Shown: positions 12,882 to 24,297 of the stretch, piece by piece
Numbering within the stretch: position 1 is the stretch's first letter
Layout: every line of letters begins with the position of its first letter
Origin: Trichoplax adhaerens
Taxonomy: Eukaryota; Animalia; Placozoa
DNA: 64,000 nucleotides
Reading direction: 5' to 3'
NCBI RefSeq assembly: GCF_000150275.1
Contig: NW_002060965.1
Coordinates: 558,001-622,000, forward strand
Program-made: the position numbers and the translations under genes
Notes under the pieces: model-generated
Seen by the model: the letters and a program-made list of their open reading frames with translations, nothing else
What the model was told of the DNA's origin: nothing
The model's database searches: none

Positions 12882-15800
12882 TCATGTTTCTGATTTAGTA
12901 GTACTACTCTCTTTTGCTCGATATTTCTTGTCATTTATTAGAGCTGTACTTAATTCCGATAGAGTTATTTTCTCCTTAGCATGAATCTTCCTCTTTGACA
13001 TAATAACACTTGCTAGGGAAGCACTTAAACCGGTTGGACTGTCAGAATGATGGAATGAGGTAAAAGATTCTGTTTTTTGTTCTTCCTGCTTGACTGTTGT
13101 AGAAGAGCCGTTGCTTTCCACGTTATCTGCAACCGATTTACTTACACTTTTCTCAACATTGGCTTTATCCACTGATTCAGAATTTTTGTTGTCCTTGGAT
13201 ATTTGAGATTTTCCATCACAAGCCGATACACTACTTAAGCAATCCGATAAAAGAACAGCCATAGGCTGCGTTATATCTCCCATGCCGATTTTAGGGGCAA
13301 CAGTTTTTTTTGAAGATTTGGCAACATTATCAGTGGATAACGGATCTAATTTTAATTTCTTTCTGGCACTAAATCTTTTACTGCCTTTATCGGAATCAGA
13401 TTCAACCTTTGTTGCTACCGTAGATGCAGTCGTTGAATCAGTTGGTGATTCTTTTACAGTTTTTTTATTACCTAATTGTATCAATAAACTGTCAATAGAT
13501 TCTCCAAGATACGCTATGGACTATGCTTTTATAGTAGAAAGATAAACCAGATTATCAATACCAACCAGTCTTTGGCGGAGTGGATTTTATAGAGTCCTTG
13601 GACAAGTTGGGACTTGGCCTTTTCCGCTTTCTTTGATTGTTAGGTTTTGTAACAGGATTTGAATAGTTTTCATCATTTATGCCACGTCGAGTCAAGGTTC
13701 GACTGAGGAATTCAGCGATTTCATTCTACCAAGCAAAAGCATGAATACGCGTGTTAAAGCAACGTAAATATTTCTACAGATATATAGGCAGTCTTACTTG
13801 AATCATTTTATCTGCAATCGTCTGCGTGACACATTCTCGCCTTTTAACCTGATGACTAAGTCGAAGCTATAAAGTCAAGCATAAAAATTTAAGTCAATGA
13901 GTGATGTGGATCAATTTGATCATAGATAATAAAACCTATTGTAGATCAATTTGGTCACAGCTAATAAAGTCTACCTGTTCATCAGCACCACCAACGATGA
14001 ATAAACTAGTATTTGCACTCATATTTTGCCTCAATTCCTATCAATATCATAACATCACTAAAATCAATTTTTCATGTACATATATAAGCTATACCGAATA
14101 ATGTTAACGTTTGTAGACAGAATATTGTCAACAATAATTATCGCATAAAATAATTATTTCCCTCCGCATTAACTTATAATGGAAAGAAACTGCGGGTAGC
14201 AATACCTCTATATCGTCTGGTGAAGATGCTCGTGATTCTGTACCAACTACAAATAAGGTTGGTGTTGTAAGAGCTAGAACTGGATCTTCGATATCCTAAT
14301 TAGTTCGCACACGTTTAATGAATCAATTTTAAATACACTGTATCAGATAATTATTAAACTAACGACACAATCAAATTCAGACTAAAAAATGATCGCAAAA
14401 TACTGAAAAGTGACGATATACAAGATTTATCAATGAAATTACCCCTCTCATGCCATCTAGCCCTACTGTTGGAAAACCTAAACAAATGACACCCTCGATA
14501 GATTCTATTATAGCAACCTGTAATCAAATGCAAATCAACCATCAAATCCTTGGAATAAATAATATTACAAGTGCAATAGGAATCCTCAATTTAACTTCAG
14601 TACCCTGCAAGCAACAGCTGCTCCGGCACACCAGCCAGCTAAGACAATAGGACGTTTTGGAAAGTGACACTTTAACTGTAATCAATCAATAGGAATTTTA
14701 TTTCAAATAGTTATAATTATTAATTTTAAAAGCATCTGAAGGAAACAGTATTATTGCGTAAACGTAACTCACCTCCAATATTTTGGTTCTAACCGCTCCA
14801 ATCATATGGTCCAGACATTGAGATACGTTTACATTCTTAGTAGAATGCATGGTAATTGGAACGACTTTACCGCACGTCGATAAATGGCTTTGCCAGGCGC
14901 GCAGCCTTCGAGAAGTAGAGTTTGATGGTTGCGTAGGGCCGTTGGGAACAAGCAAAAGGAGGGGGGTGTTTAATTCCTTATTCTGAATAGAAAAAAAAGT
15001 CCTTAAAATCTAGATGTTCCACGTTGGAAGCAAATACTCTAAGATACTAACCGATAAGAAAGATTTGTGTTGATTGACAGTGCCAACCAAAGGATCCCAT
15101 TTACGGTTTAACAACAACTGTAAAGCTTCGCTTCCAGTCGGATTCTGACAATCGGACGCATACATACCAATTAATTTGTCAACCATTGAAGGGCACTGCC
15201 AGATGGAAAAAAATGTTTAACTCGTTAAAACGAATGTGAAATTTTTTCGGCATTACTCGACCAGAGTTGTAAAGCCAAGAAGTTTATTACCTTAGCCCGC
15301 AGTGTCTGTAAAATATCTAGGTAATCAGATAAGTAAGTAGTAGAGAGATTGTCCATCAATAGCGTATGCAGCCATAACAATAGCTTAGGATCCTAGAAGT
15401 GAAGCATACTTTTAGAGGTAAAACAAGCATTGCAGCCAAATAGAAAATATATCTCAACGATAATTGTAAGTCCTACAACAGTACATAGCAGTGTTTAAGA
15501 TTATTACAATCATTCCAATACTATGGTATTATAAAGTATTTTTCTTGCACTATGTCGCACTGTATCACTGAAATAATCTATTTCAATACTGTGATATTCA
15601 GTGGCAATAACTCTGAAGAGATGAAATAACTTACCCATCGTATAAGAGCAAATATTTGTCGCACATTCCTCGCTGCTTTGTCAATACAATTCCTCCGTAG
15701 TATAGGTTCGTTGGCAGTCTAGAAAATAATAGAATAGGCTTGTAAGACAATATCTTTCCATACTTGAGAACTTTATCCTATGGAAACAGCTACTATTACC

Positions 15801-16946
15801 GTTTCGCAAGCTAATTTTGCCAACCGACATGAGTTGATTGACCGACTGACTTTATCGAATAACTGATTTTGTCGAAATGTCCATCCCGTTCTTTTGCGTA
15901 AGTTATCATATTTAACAAAATAGATGGAAAAAAAAGAATATTAATCCTTGTATTATTCAATCCTCGCAATCCTATCATTCAATGATAAATCGTTGTATTA
16001 GTTTACTCTACAAGTAAACAATAAGATGATCAGCAGTCAAGCTCGAATCCGAAATATCTAAAAATCACTACGACTACAATCATTCATTGAATAAGAAAAA
16101 GAGAAATATGCCAACGATACTATCTAATATTCCAGGAATAATTGAATCAAGACCATCGTAACGTCTTATTTTCTTTACTCTACGTGTATATTTGAACGTG
16201 CGTATAAGAAACATGAGAATAAATGCGCACTCATCATTGTTTTGTCTTTGCCTTTGCTGCACTTGTTCCTCCTATACAGTATACACGTCCAGCTGTACTT
16301 TTTGGTTAAAGGTTTGGATAGAAAATGATTGAACTGATATGCTATAAAGTAGAAGAGTAGTTGATAACTACATCCATCTTCTACTGCCAGTCTACAGTAC
16401 GCTCCATCATGCGTTATCACTCCTGTTCCTTCCTTGGCTAACCATGTCTCGAATCGACGCGAAAATACAGCAGTCTATGGCCTATATTGCAATATACCCT
16501 TGCAGGCAAGTCTCACACTACCTGTCTGCTGTAGGACTAGGTATCGACAGTGATTATCCCTTATTGTACCGACCGACCTAAGGCTCAATTTACCTAGGAA
16601 TATCGTCAATATCGTCATAAAGTGGTTTTGCTCGTTTAGCCACTACGAGGCCAATATGTTTCTCACACTCTGACATGACATTTCGCGCTTTGGCAACATC
16701 GTAGTAACTGGAGCTTAAATGCCTATTCATTTCTACCCTGCCATCGATGGTGACATCGTCCGAGGAACTTCTCGAATCATGAGAATAAAACTTGGGCACA
16801 AAAATGGATTTAGCCGGTCGATTCGAATTATATCCAGGATGAGGTATCCACGATTTGGAATAAGAATGATCTAGTAAAATAACTTTGATATCAGCCACGA
16901 TTTCTCGTTTGCCTTTGCTCGTGGACAGTGAGTTTTTGCCCGCCAT
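12882..16946 (-). CDS. KANSL3: KAT8 regulatory NSL complex subunit 3, multi-exon
   Basis: Exon 1 LLDHSYSKSWIPHP...RPAKSIF and YYDVAKARNVMSECEKHI; later exons RTGWTFRQNQLFDKV...RLAKLA, NEPILRRNCIDKAARNVRQ, LLLVPNGP...SRRLRAWQSHLSTCGKVVPI and NEIAEFL; long low-complexity last exon ending at 12882. Confidence 0.9.
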
Positions 16947-17867
16947 GACTGCGTCAGCCAAGCACTTGATAGTAGTAGACTAGTAGTAGGGTAGGCTTCC
17001 ACCAGCAAGTCGTGCTGCAACTGTATGTTAGTCAGTCACAGTCTGCGACTCTACTCTAGTTCAAAATACTTTTTTTAAACTACTGAACGCAACACTATAC
17101 TGTTTATACTGACTACGCACGCGTATGTGGACAAACGGATTAACGAGCTTGCGTCAGACACAGACTACTGTACGGACGGTACAGTCATGGTCTACTAGAC
17201 GAAGCATACAGTACAGTACTGTATTGGCCAAAACTACATCATCGACTCATCGAGAATTTGATACCCACAAATTTGCGTATTTCTAAAATAATCCGTATAG
17301 TATAGTATTCCTTTTTCATAGTTTAAATACCTGTATCCGTTGAGATGTATAGATTTTAGAGTCGTTTTGATAGCTTAAAGTGTATTAATATTATCGTCAC
17401 GGTCACCTCTTGCTTCGCCATTTCCGATAGGACTACTGTACTACTGCATCTATAGTACTGTACTGTGTGGCCTAGATGGGCGACACCATTTTTAGTTACG
17501 AACAATACTTACACTATCATCGGGGATTAAAATCATGTCACCCTGCCAAATGCTAGGTGACATTATTTAAGTCAACATACTTTATTCTAGCCTATAGTTT
17601 GTAACAAAGCGATGTCACCTTCGTTACAGTCTAGCTTCCCTACAGTGTACAATGTACATTGGACGCCGCGACTGTAAGTACTGTACTGTACACTGTGCAG
17701 CTCTCCCTTTTACTAGTCATCGACCCCTATAACGTGGTCTACTTCTATTGCTGCTATGGGGTGTTTGCACAAGTAGTGCAAAACTGTCTACAGTAGATTG
17801 CTAGAAACTAGTTGGCAGATTCGGATATCTGCTACTCGTTGCGTTCGTAGCCTTTAATCGGAGGAAG
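16947..17867. promoter_or_regulatory. Probable bidirectional promoter between KANSL3 and THOC1
   Basis: About 920 bp between divergent start codons; dense in TACTGTA/TACAGTA words; contains an inverted ATGTCACC...GGTGACAT pair at 17530-17568. Confidence 0.6.
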
Positions 17868-19682
17868 ATGAAGGGCGAGCTCGTAACTTTCGATGAATTA
17901 AGGCATCAATTAGTGGATTGCTTACGCCATGAATGCGAGCAAAGTGAAGAAACAACCATTACCAAAACTAAGCAGATCCTTGCTAATCATGAGAATAACG
18001 TCAGTGAAAGTAAAAGTGCCATTGATCAAGCATTCCGAGATCTACTGAAAGAATTGATCGTGCAAAAGCAAAAGGGCACCGATGACAACCAGGTCAAAAT
18101 TGACGATCTCACTTGGCTAATTAAGATATCGACGATATGTGCCAAATCAGGTTTAGCATCAGTTTCCTTGCCATTTATTCTTTTAGTAGATATCTTCGAT
18201 TGTTTGACCCTTCGTGTATGTCAACGCATGTTTGGCTATGTGGAGAAAGAAATGCAAACCTGGAAAGATACCGCTTTCGACGCCATGGGTAAAGTATATA
18301 TCTTACGCATGTGTAATGATCTCCTTCGACGGTTATCGCGTTCCCAAGATACCATCTTTTGTGGCCAAATTCGATTATTTCTCAGTCGTTATTTTCCGCT
18401 CGATGAACGCTCGGGCTTAAATGTCATGAGTCATTTCAATGTGGATAATGTGACGAGTTATACAAAGCGTGACATGGTTGACTCTCAGACAGCCTCCGCC
18501 GAAGGGGTGATGGATGTTGAAGACGGAGAAATAAGTGAAGGGGATGATGACGAAAAAAAAGCCGAAAAAAATAAAACACCCATTGATTACAATCTCTACT
18601 ATCGTTTTTGGTCATTGCAAGACTTTTTCAGTAATCCTAATTTATGCTATTCCAATTCGGGTTGGAATGCACTCACGACTAGTAGTCGTGTCGTTTTGGA
18701 TGTTTTCAAAAGCTACAAGCTAGAAGCTCTTACAAGTAATAAAAGTACAAAAACAGACAACGATAATCCGTCCGATCAGGATGGGATGGAAATATCGGAC
18801 TCATGTGACAATGCTATGGATGTCTCCAATCGCTATTTTGCTAAATTTTTAACCAATGAAAAGCTATTAGATTTGCAGCTCAATGATAGCCAATTTAGAA
18901 GAACAATACTTATACAATTTCTAATCTTGTTTCAATATTTGACCAGTACGGTCAAATTTAGACCAACTAGCTGCACTATTTCAGAAAGGCAGCAACAGTG
19001 GATTGAAAGATCAACCAAATTGGTATACCAACTTTTAGAAGAGACGCCTCCTGGAGGGAAACAATTTGTAAAGTTAGTTCGTGAGATATTATCGCGCGAA
19101 GAATATTGGAGTAAATGGAAAAATGATGGCTGTCCTAGTTTTGTACGGCCAGGCGTTTCAACTGAAAGTAGCGATAGCTCTTCCGCACCTCGTAAGAAAC
19201 GTAAAATTAGTAGGCATTATTCTCCTACTTCTCACAAGATCGAGCTTGGAAATCCGGAGCTAACACGATTATGGAATTTATCAACTGATAATTTATCTGC
19301 ATGTAAAATGAGTGGTGAAAAATTTACGCCTACTATCAAAGATTTTTTCGAAGAAGCGATAGAACAGTGCGATCCAGAAGCTCAAGTAGAGGAAGAATAT
19401 AAATTAGTCAATAACCTAGTTTTTCGCTGGCGTTCATTTCGTATCTTGGCTGTACAAAGTTCTATCATATTTCCCACAAGTTCTTCTACTCCGTCTTCAA
19501 CCACAAGTAAAGCAGACTTCCTAGCTGGTGCTCTAGCAGAAATGGCTAAGGAATCGAAAGATAAAAAGCCTGTAGAGTCAGATAGCGTAGAAGGAGAGAG
19601 TATCGTAGCGGACGATTCTACTACACCATTAGCAATTAAAGAAGAATTAGAAGATGATGATAAATTAACTGACGGAGACTAA
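17868..19682 (+). CDS. THOC1: THO complex subunit 1 (Hpr1/p84), single exon, 604 aa
   Basis: ORF has LRMCNDLLRRLSRSQDTIFCGQIRLFLSRYFPLDERSGLN, PIDYNLYYRFWSLQDFF, YFAKFLTNEKLLDLQLNDSQFRR, WSKWKNDGCPSF and LGNPELTRLWN. Confidence 0.96.
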   Translation: MKGELVTFDELRHQLVDCLRHECEQSEETTITKTKQILANHENNVSESKSAIDQAFRDLLKELIVQKQKGTDDNQVKIDDLTWLIKISTICAKSGLASVSLPFILLVDIFDCLTLRVCQRMFGYVEKEMQTWKDTAFDAMGKVYILRMCNDLLRRLSRSQDTIFCGQIRLFLSRYFPLDERSGLNVMSHFNVDNVTSYTKRDMVDSQTASAEGVMDVEDGEISEGDDDEKKAEKNKTPIDYNLYYRFWSLQDFFSNPNLCYSNSGWNALTTSSRVVLDVFKSYKLEALTSNKSTKTDNDNPSDQDGMEISDSCDNAMDVSNRYFAKFLTNEKLLDLQLNDSQFRRTILIQFLILFQYLTSTVKFRPTSCTISERQQQWIERSTKLVYQLLEETPPGGKQFVKLVREILSREEYWSKWKNDGCPSFVRPGVSTESSDSSSAPRKKRKISRHYSPTSHKIELGNPELTRLWNLSTDNLSACKMSGEKFTPTIKDFFEEAIEQCDPEAQVEEEYKLVNNLVFRWRSFRILAVQSSIIFPTSSSTPSSTTSKADFLAGALAEMAKESKDKKPVESDSVEGESIVADDSTTPLAIKEELEDDDKLTDGD

Positions 19683-21966
19683 TGTTAAGACAATGAGGAA
19701 ATTTCGTTATCATCGTATTGACTGATTGATATCATAATTATAATCAATGATTGCGCAGATGGATTGTACATAACCCATTGCTATGTTATATTGATGACTT
19801 TATCTATAAATAATACAGTTCGGTAATATTGAGCCTACACTTGTAAAATCTAATTATGGTTGAAGGTTGTATGTGTAACTTAACGGATGGTGAAATAAGT
19901 GGCAAAGTTTATAGCAATAGACCTAATGTAATCTGTCCCTGGATCAACTCTTTTCACAGAGAATAAGAATTACTTATTCCTGTACTGTATATTTATTCCA
20001 ATTGAGCAGCTATCGTAGAATAAGCCACTGCTTTCCTAGAAGTTATTGCAGCCATTGATATCTATATACAGCAAATGTTATTTTTTCCGTTAAGAATAGT
20101 GTAACGGTAATGCCACCCTCTGTTCGTTAACTGCCTACGTGAACCTTACATCGATCTTAAGACTATAGAGCAGTACAGAGATGTTCTTTGACTACTACTG
20201 ATCTCTGTTATAATTGTTGCTGCTGTAGCATTTAGTCTCCATCGAACAACATGAAATCATTTTTACATGATGAAATTGTATAACGTGTCGAGAATGACAC
20301 TTTATGTTGGTCTTTGTTAAAAATGATCGAATTTGATACCTAGTTAGTAGTGTAAGGTAGTTCATAAATAATATTGTACATTCTACACTATGCGTATGTT
20401 GATGTCATACAAAAAAATTATGCCAAATTAGCACATTTACTCATAGCCGTCTACTACGACGTGTAAATGCTAAGTCTTTACGTTTATTCAATACCCTCTT
20501 GTGATTCAGCGCCACTATTATCGACCCAATAAATCGTCTCTAAATAAAATTTTGGGTATTTCGACTTAGCTTTCTTCGTCTGCACTGTATTTATACCGCA
20601 TTACTCGTATGTACCATTGTACATGCCATCATCCTCGTCGGGTTCGTTATCGATTAGTTATACGAATATAGTTAGAGTGTTCGGCTAGTATTAAAACTTT
20701 AATGTTTATTCAGAAAGATGACCGATATCATGAACTATTAAATTACAAATTGGTAGTCCATGCCGATACCAGGGACTACTAAAAGAAGAAAGAGGGGGAC
20801 AGAGAACTATCGTTCAGTATACTGAAAATGAGGAAGCTGACTATTTTGCTATGATTGTCATCCAAATTCGCCGCTTGGTTGCTTTTTTGCAGTGTAGTAT
20901 ATGGTTTCGGTGGTAGCGAGCGTATAGTAAATGACCAGAAAAGTGATAAGCCCCTTCATTATTTTGCACTGAACAGCCGCTAGGCGTCCCTCTTACTAAA
21001 ATCCCGGCCGATACACGGAAGAAGCGATCTCATATAAACTTGGAATGTATACTTGCCATTTTTTTATGCAATTTCTTAGAAGTATTTACAGCACAGTCAC
21101 TACGGAATTTAGATTGGTAAAATAGGTCTGACTATCGAAAAGATACAGCTGCGACCTACGAGTATTTGAGAATGTAATTCGAGTAAGTAGACGTGTACGA
21201 TTTCAGACTTAACAAGGGTAGTGTTCATATACTCTAGGAGCGCCCTTTCTAAAGAAAATTTTAAAGTATGCTTAGCTACTATATCGAGACCTTTTATTCT
21301 TCGATATTAGCACTGGTTTAATAAGATTGCAATTTCCTCTCGGGAATAGAGAAAGCAATACGATCTTAATCTAATCTTACACGCTATAGGTTCAGATCAG
21401 AAATTGAAAGGGCTTCAGACCATTATGAATCTATTATGTTGATTAGAGCACTAGCACTATAATTCAGTTACTGACATAATTTTTCATCTAACGAAGACAT
21501 GCAGGCTCGATGCGGGCAAATCAAGTTCCAATGTACAATGTACTTTAGTGTAAATAATAATATTATTTTATAAGCGTATACGCATATACTTGTATAGAGA
21601 TATCCAGATTAATTCAAAAATTGCAAGTGGTCTACTGCTTATCATGAGATTTATTAGAGATCATTCTTGTACAATATTCAATTTTATTATCTAAAAGTAG
21701 GTGATCGATGGTATGTGAATGATATGGCATTTCAAATAAACACACATCATTATACGTTTACAACATCAGATTAAGTTATCATATATCATATATAATTTAC
21801 AACTAGATCATCATGAATACTAGGAATTAGAAATAACAATCAACCTCCAGGGTGGCAATGTGTAACCGTATACAGAAGTATGAATATTAGGATGATGCAA
21901 AGAATATTGAGATGATTAGCGAACCATTAATAATTATTATTATAGGGTTAATTAATGCCAATTACA

Positions 21967-24297
21967 CTAGAATAATTTAGCAACAACAAGACCAAATATC
22001 GTGATCAACAAATGCGTCATGGTAAAAATACTAAGAGCGCCACCCGTTAATGGTGGCTTGTTTTGTGAACATTTGCTTCCATCAATACAAACTCTCCTAA
22101 TGGTTACAAATGGCGTTGAAGCGTGCTTACTTATAGCATAACTATTTTTGTTGTAGTTACCACCAATGGCAAATATGAAATAGTGACATCCATGTAAAGT
22201 CTTATCATTCTGTGTATCTGTAGTATTAATTTTACGATAGAAATTTAATAAAGTTACGCCGTTTACTAAAGATCCATTGACTAAATTGACATTTCCAATG
22301 GCATCGACAGCTGGTGGGGCATAGCCATTTACAAAACGATCTTTCAAGGATGGTATTCCACTCGAAACCCATCCAACGATAGCATCGGTATTGGGCATCT
22401 TGGTATCGTCGGAGATACCTAAGGCAATCCATTTATCTGTTTTTGCAGACATGGAAAAGTGGACAGTGCCATCATTGTAAACGTTCCAATTCAAGTTGTT
22501 GACGCACGCTCCTGCAGCACATCCAGTGCCCCAGCTGCCAGCGCAATTACCCGTGGTTAATTTAGTGCCACCATAAAAGTTAAGCGATTGACGACCGCGA
22601 TTTTGATAACCATGGTATTTTAGCTCATCGTCTCCGTAGTAATCATTCGCACGATGTGAGTTAACTAAGCCAGATGGAAACTGATGCGAGAATGGTGATT
22701 TCTGTCCATAGGCATAAATGACATCCATAATGGTATCTTTGATTTCATGATCGGTTTGACCGTCAGCTGTTAGCTTTTTACGCCATCTTAAAGTTGTAAT
22801 ACCATTGACCTCAGAACCAACGGCAGCAGTGATGCTGTCCGTTTCACCGTAATAGGCATCCATTCGTGGTGTACTACGATCACGAGAATAGTAATCAAAT
22901 AATCTGAAAGTGTTACCGCGAGCACTACCAATGACCATATCCATGCAGTCCATAGGATGGCTTACAGGGCCGCCAGCAGCACCACCGCCTTCGGAGTTGC
23001 CACCTTCGCCTTCCGGCTTGGTAGTGCCTTCGCCTTCTGGTTTGGTAGTACCTTCTGCGTTGCCTTCTGGTTTGGTTGTACCTTCTGCATTGCCTTCTGG
23101 TTTGGTTGTACCTTCTGCATTGCCTTCTGGTGCTGCAGTGCCCTCTGGTTTGCTTGTACCTTCTGCAGCTGCAGTACCTTCAGCTGCTGCAGTACCTTCA
23201 GCTGCTGCAGTACCTTCAGCTGCTGCAGTACCTTCTGCATTGCCTTCTGGCTTAGTAGTACCTTCTGCATTGCCTTCTGGTTTAGTAGTACCTTCAGCGT
23301 TGCCTTCTGGATTACCTTCAGCATTACCTTCAGGTCTGCCTCCAGGTCCAATCAAAAGGCCAGCTGCAGCTCCAGCGGGAAATAATTGGCACGATGCTCG
23401 CAATCCCTGTGGTCGCCAACCGAGAGCAGCCCAACTCTTGGTTGTGGTTTTATGAATAACTTCGACTTCACTGGATGCACTGATTATTTTATACCAAATC
23501 TCGCTATTGGTATCTAATTTACTATAGGTATATGAAGAGGTATCGCTTGGCATAGCCGTTGTTAGCGAACTTGTTTTGGCGCACTTATAACCGTATGCAC
23601 CAGCATTGCAAAAGCATTGCTTCAAAGGATAGTAATAATCTTGATTGATGGCGATACATTGACCTTTATTGTTGCAATCTGCATTGGTTTCACATTCATT
23701 TGTATATTGGCAACGGTCTCCACTAGACATGCTATTGCTGCACGTGCATGATGGAGAGGCATTATTACAGTTGGAAGGCATACTACCGCCGTTGTAGCAA
23801 TCGAGTTGAGTACATTGGAAATTTTTGATTTCGACATCAGCGCAACTCCAGAAGATATAAGGTCCGCTGGTTGTGACCCATTCTCTGGCATTTCGAGTTA
23901 ATCGCAAAATGCAGTGATCGCAAGTAAAACCGCTCGGTAGCATAGCCAAATAATTTTGAACCGTGTTATTATTGGCTGAAAACCATGGCGTACCAGAACT
24001 GGTTGGTGTTAATTCGTGAGCAATAGTGCCGTTGCGATGCAAAATTTGGATGCGGAAACCACCACCATGGGGGAAAGCCATATGCCAAGTTACATCGACA
24101 GCTGAGCCAGTCATTAATTTAGTTTTATAGACACCTTTTCCGGTAGCATTTTCAGGCATACCGCACGGACTACGCGTTCTGACATTGTCTAAAAAGTCCA
24201 AATCGAACATTCTTGCTTTAGGAAAACTCAAGCGAATATGTGCGTCGACAGCAGTTAAGGCCACAAGGCCTAACAAGATAAGACTCAACGTTTTCAT
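21967..24297 (-). CDS. Secreted, probably GPI-anchored protein: N-terminal His-brace (LPMO-like) domain, 2 EGF-like repeats, 2 DOMON domains (the first interrupted by a PEG/AEG repeat); single exon, 776 aa
   Basis: Signal peptide ending AVDA|H; Cys-rich EGF-like pair; DOMON signatures WAALGW...HPMDCMDMVIG...LRWRKKL...KYHG and WIALGIS...KMPNTDAIVGW...FYRKI...SKH; hydrophobic C-terminus with no cytosolic tail. Confidence 0.88.
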   Translation of the reverse strand: MKTLSLILLGLVALTAVDAHIRLSFPKARMFDLDFLDNVRTRSPCGMPENATGKGVYKTKLMTGSAVDVTWHMAFPHGGGFRIQILHRNGTIAHELTPTSSGTPWFSANNNTVQNYLAMLPSGFTCDHCILRLTRNAREWVTTSGPYIFWSCADVEIKNFQCTQLDCYNGGSMPSNCNNASPSCTCSNSMSSGDRCQYTNECETNADCNNKGQCIAINQDYYYPLKQCFCNAGAYGYKCAKTSSLTTAMPSDTSSYTYSKLDTNSEIWYKIISASSEVEVIHKTTTKSWAALGWRPQGLRASCQLFPAGAAAGLLIGPGGRPEGNAEGNPEGNAEGTTKPEGNAEGTTKPEGNAEGTAAAEGTAAAEGTAAAEGTAAAEGTSKPEGTAAPEGNAEGTTKPEGNAEGTTKPEGNAEGTTKPEGEGTTKPEGEGGNSEGGGAAGGPVSHPMDCMDMVIGSARGNTFRLFDYYSRDRSTPRMDAYYGETDSITAAVGSEVNGITTLRWRKKLTADGQTDHEIKDTIMDVIYAYGQKSPFSHQFPSGLVNSHRANDYYGDDELKYHGYQNRGRQSLNFYGGTKLTTGNCAGSWGTGCAAGACVNNLNWNVYNDGTVHFSMSAKTDKWIALGISDDTKMPNTDAIVGWVSSGIPSLKDRFVNGYAPPAVDAIGNVNLVNGSLVNGVTLLNFYRKINTTDTQNDKTLHGCHYFIFAIGGNYNKNSYAISKHASTPFVTIRRVCIDGSKCSQNKPPLTGGALSIFTMTHLLITIFGLVVAKLF
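22990..23335 (-). repeat. Coding minisatellite: 30-bp (PEGNAEGTTK) and 18-bp (AAAEGT) units
   Basis: About 5 copies of the 30-bp unit flank about 4 copies of the 18-bp unit; all are in frame. Confidence 0.92.

Noticed and set aside
13282-13545. 87-aa plus-strand ORF
   Set aside because: Antisense shadow of the KANSL3 last exon.
22990-23335. PEG/AEG repeats as a neuropeptide precursor with amidation glycines
   Set aside because: No G-K/R or dibasic cleavage sites follow the glycines, and the repeat lies inside a folded domain.
22910-23455. 181-aa, 142-aa and 129-aa overlapping ORFs with repetitive translations
   Set aside because: Antisense or alternate-frame shadows of the stop-poor coding minisatellite in the DOMON gene.
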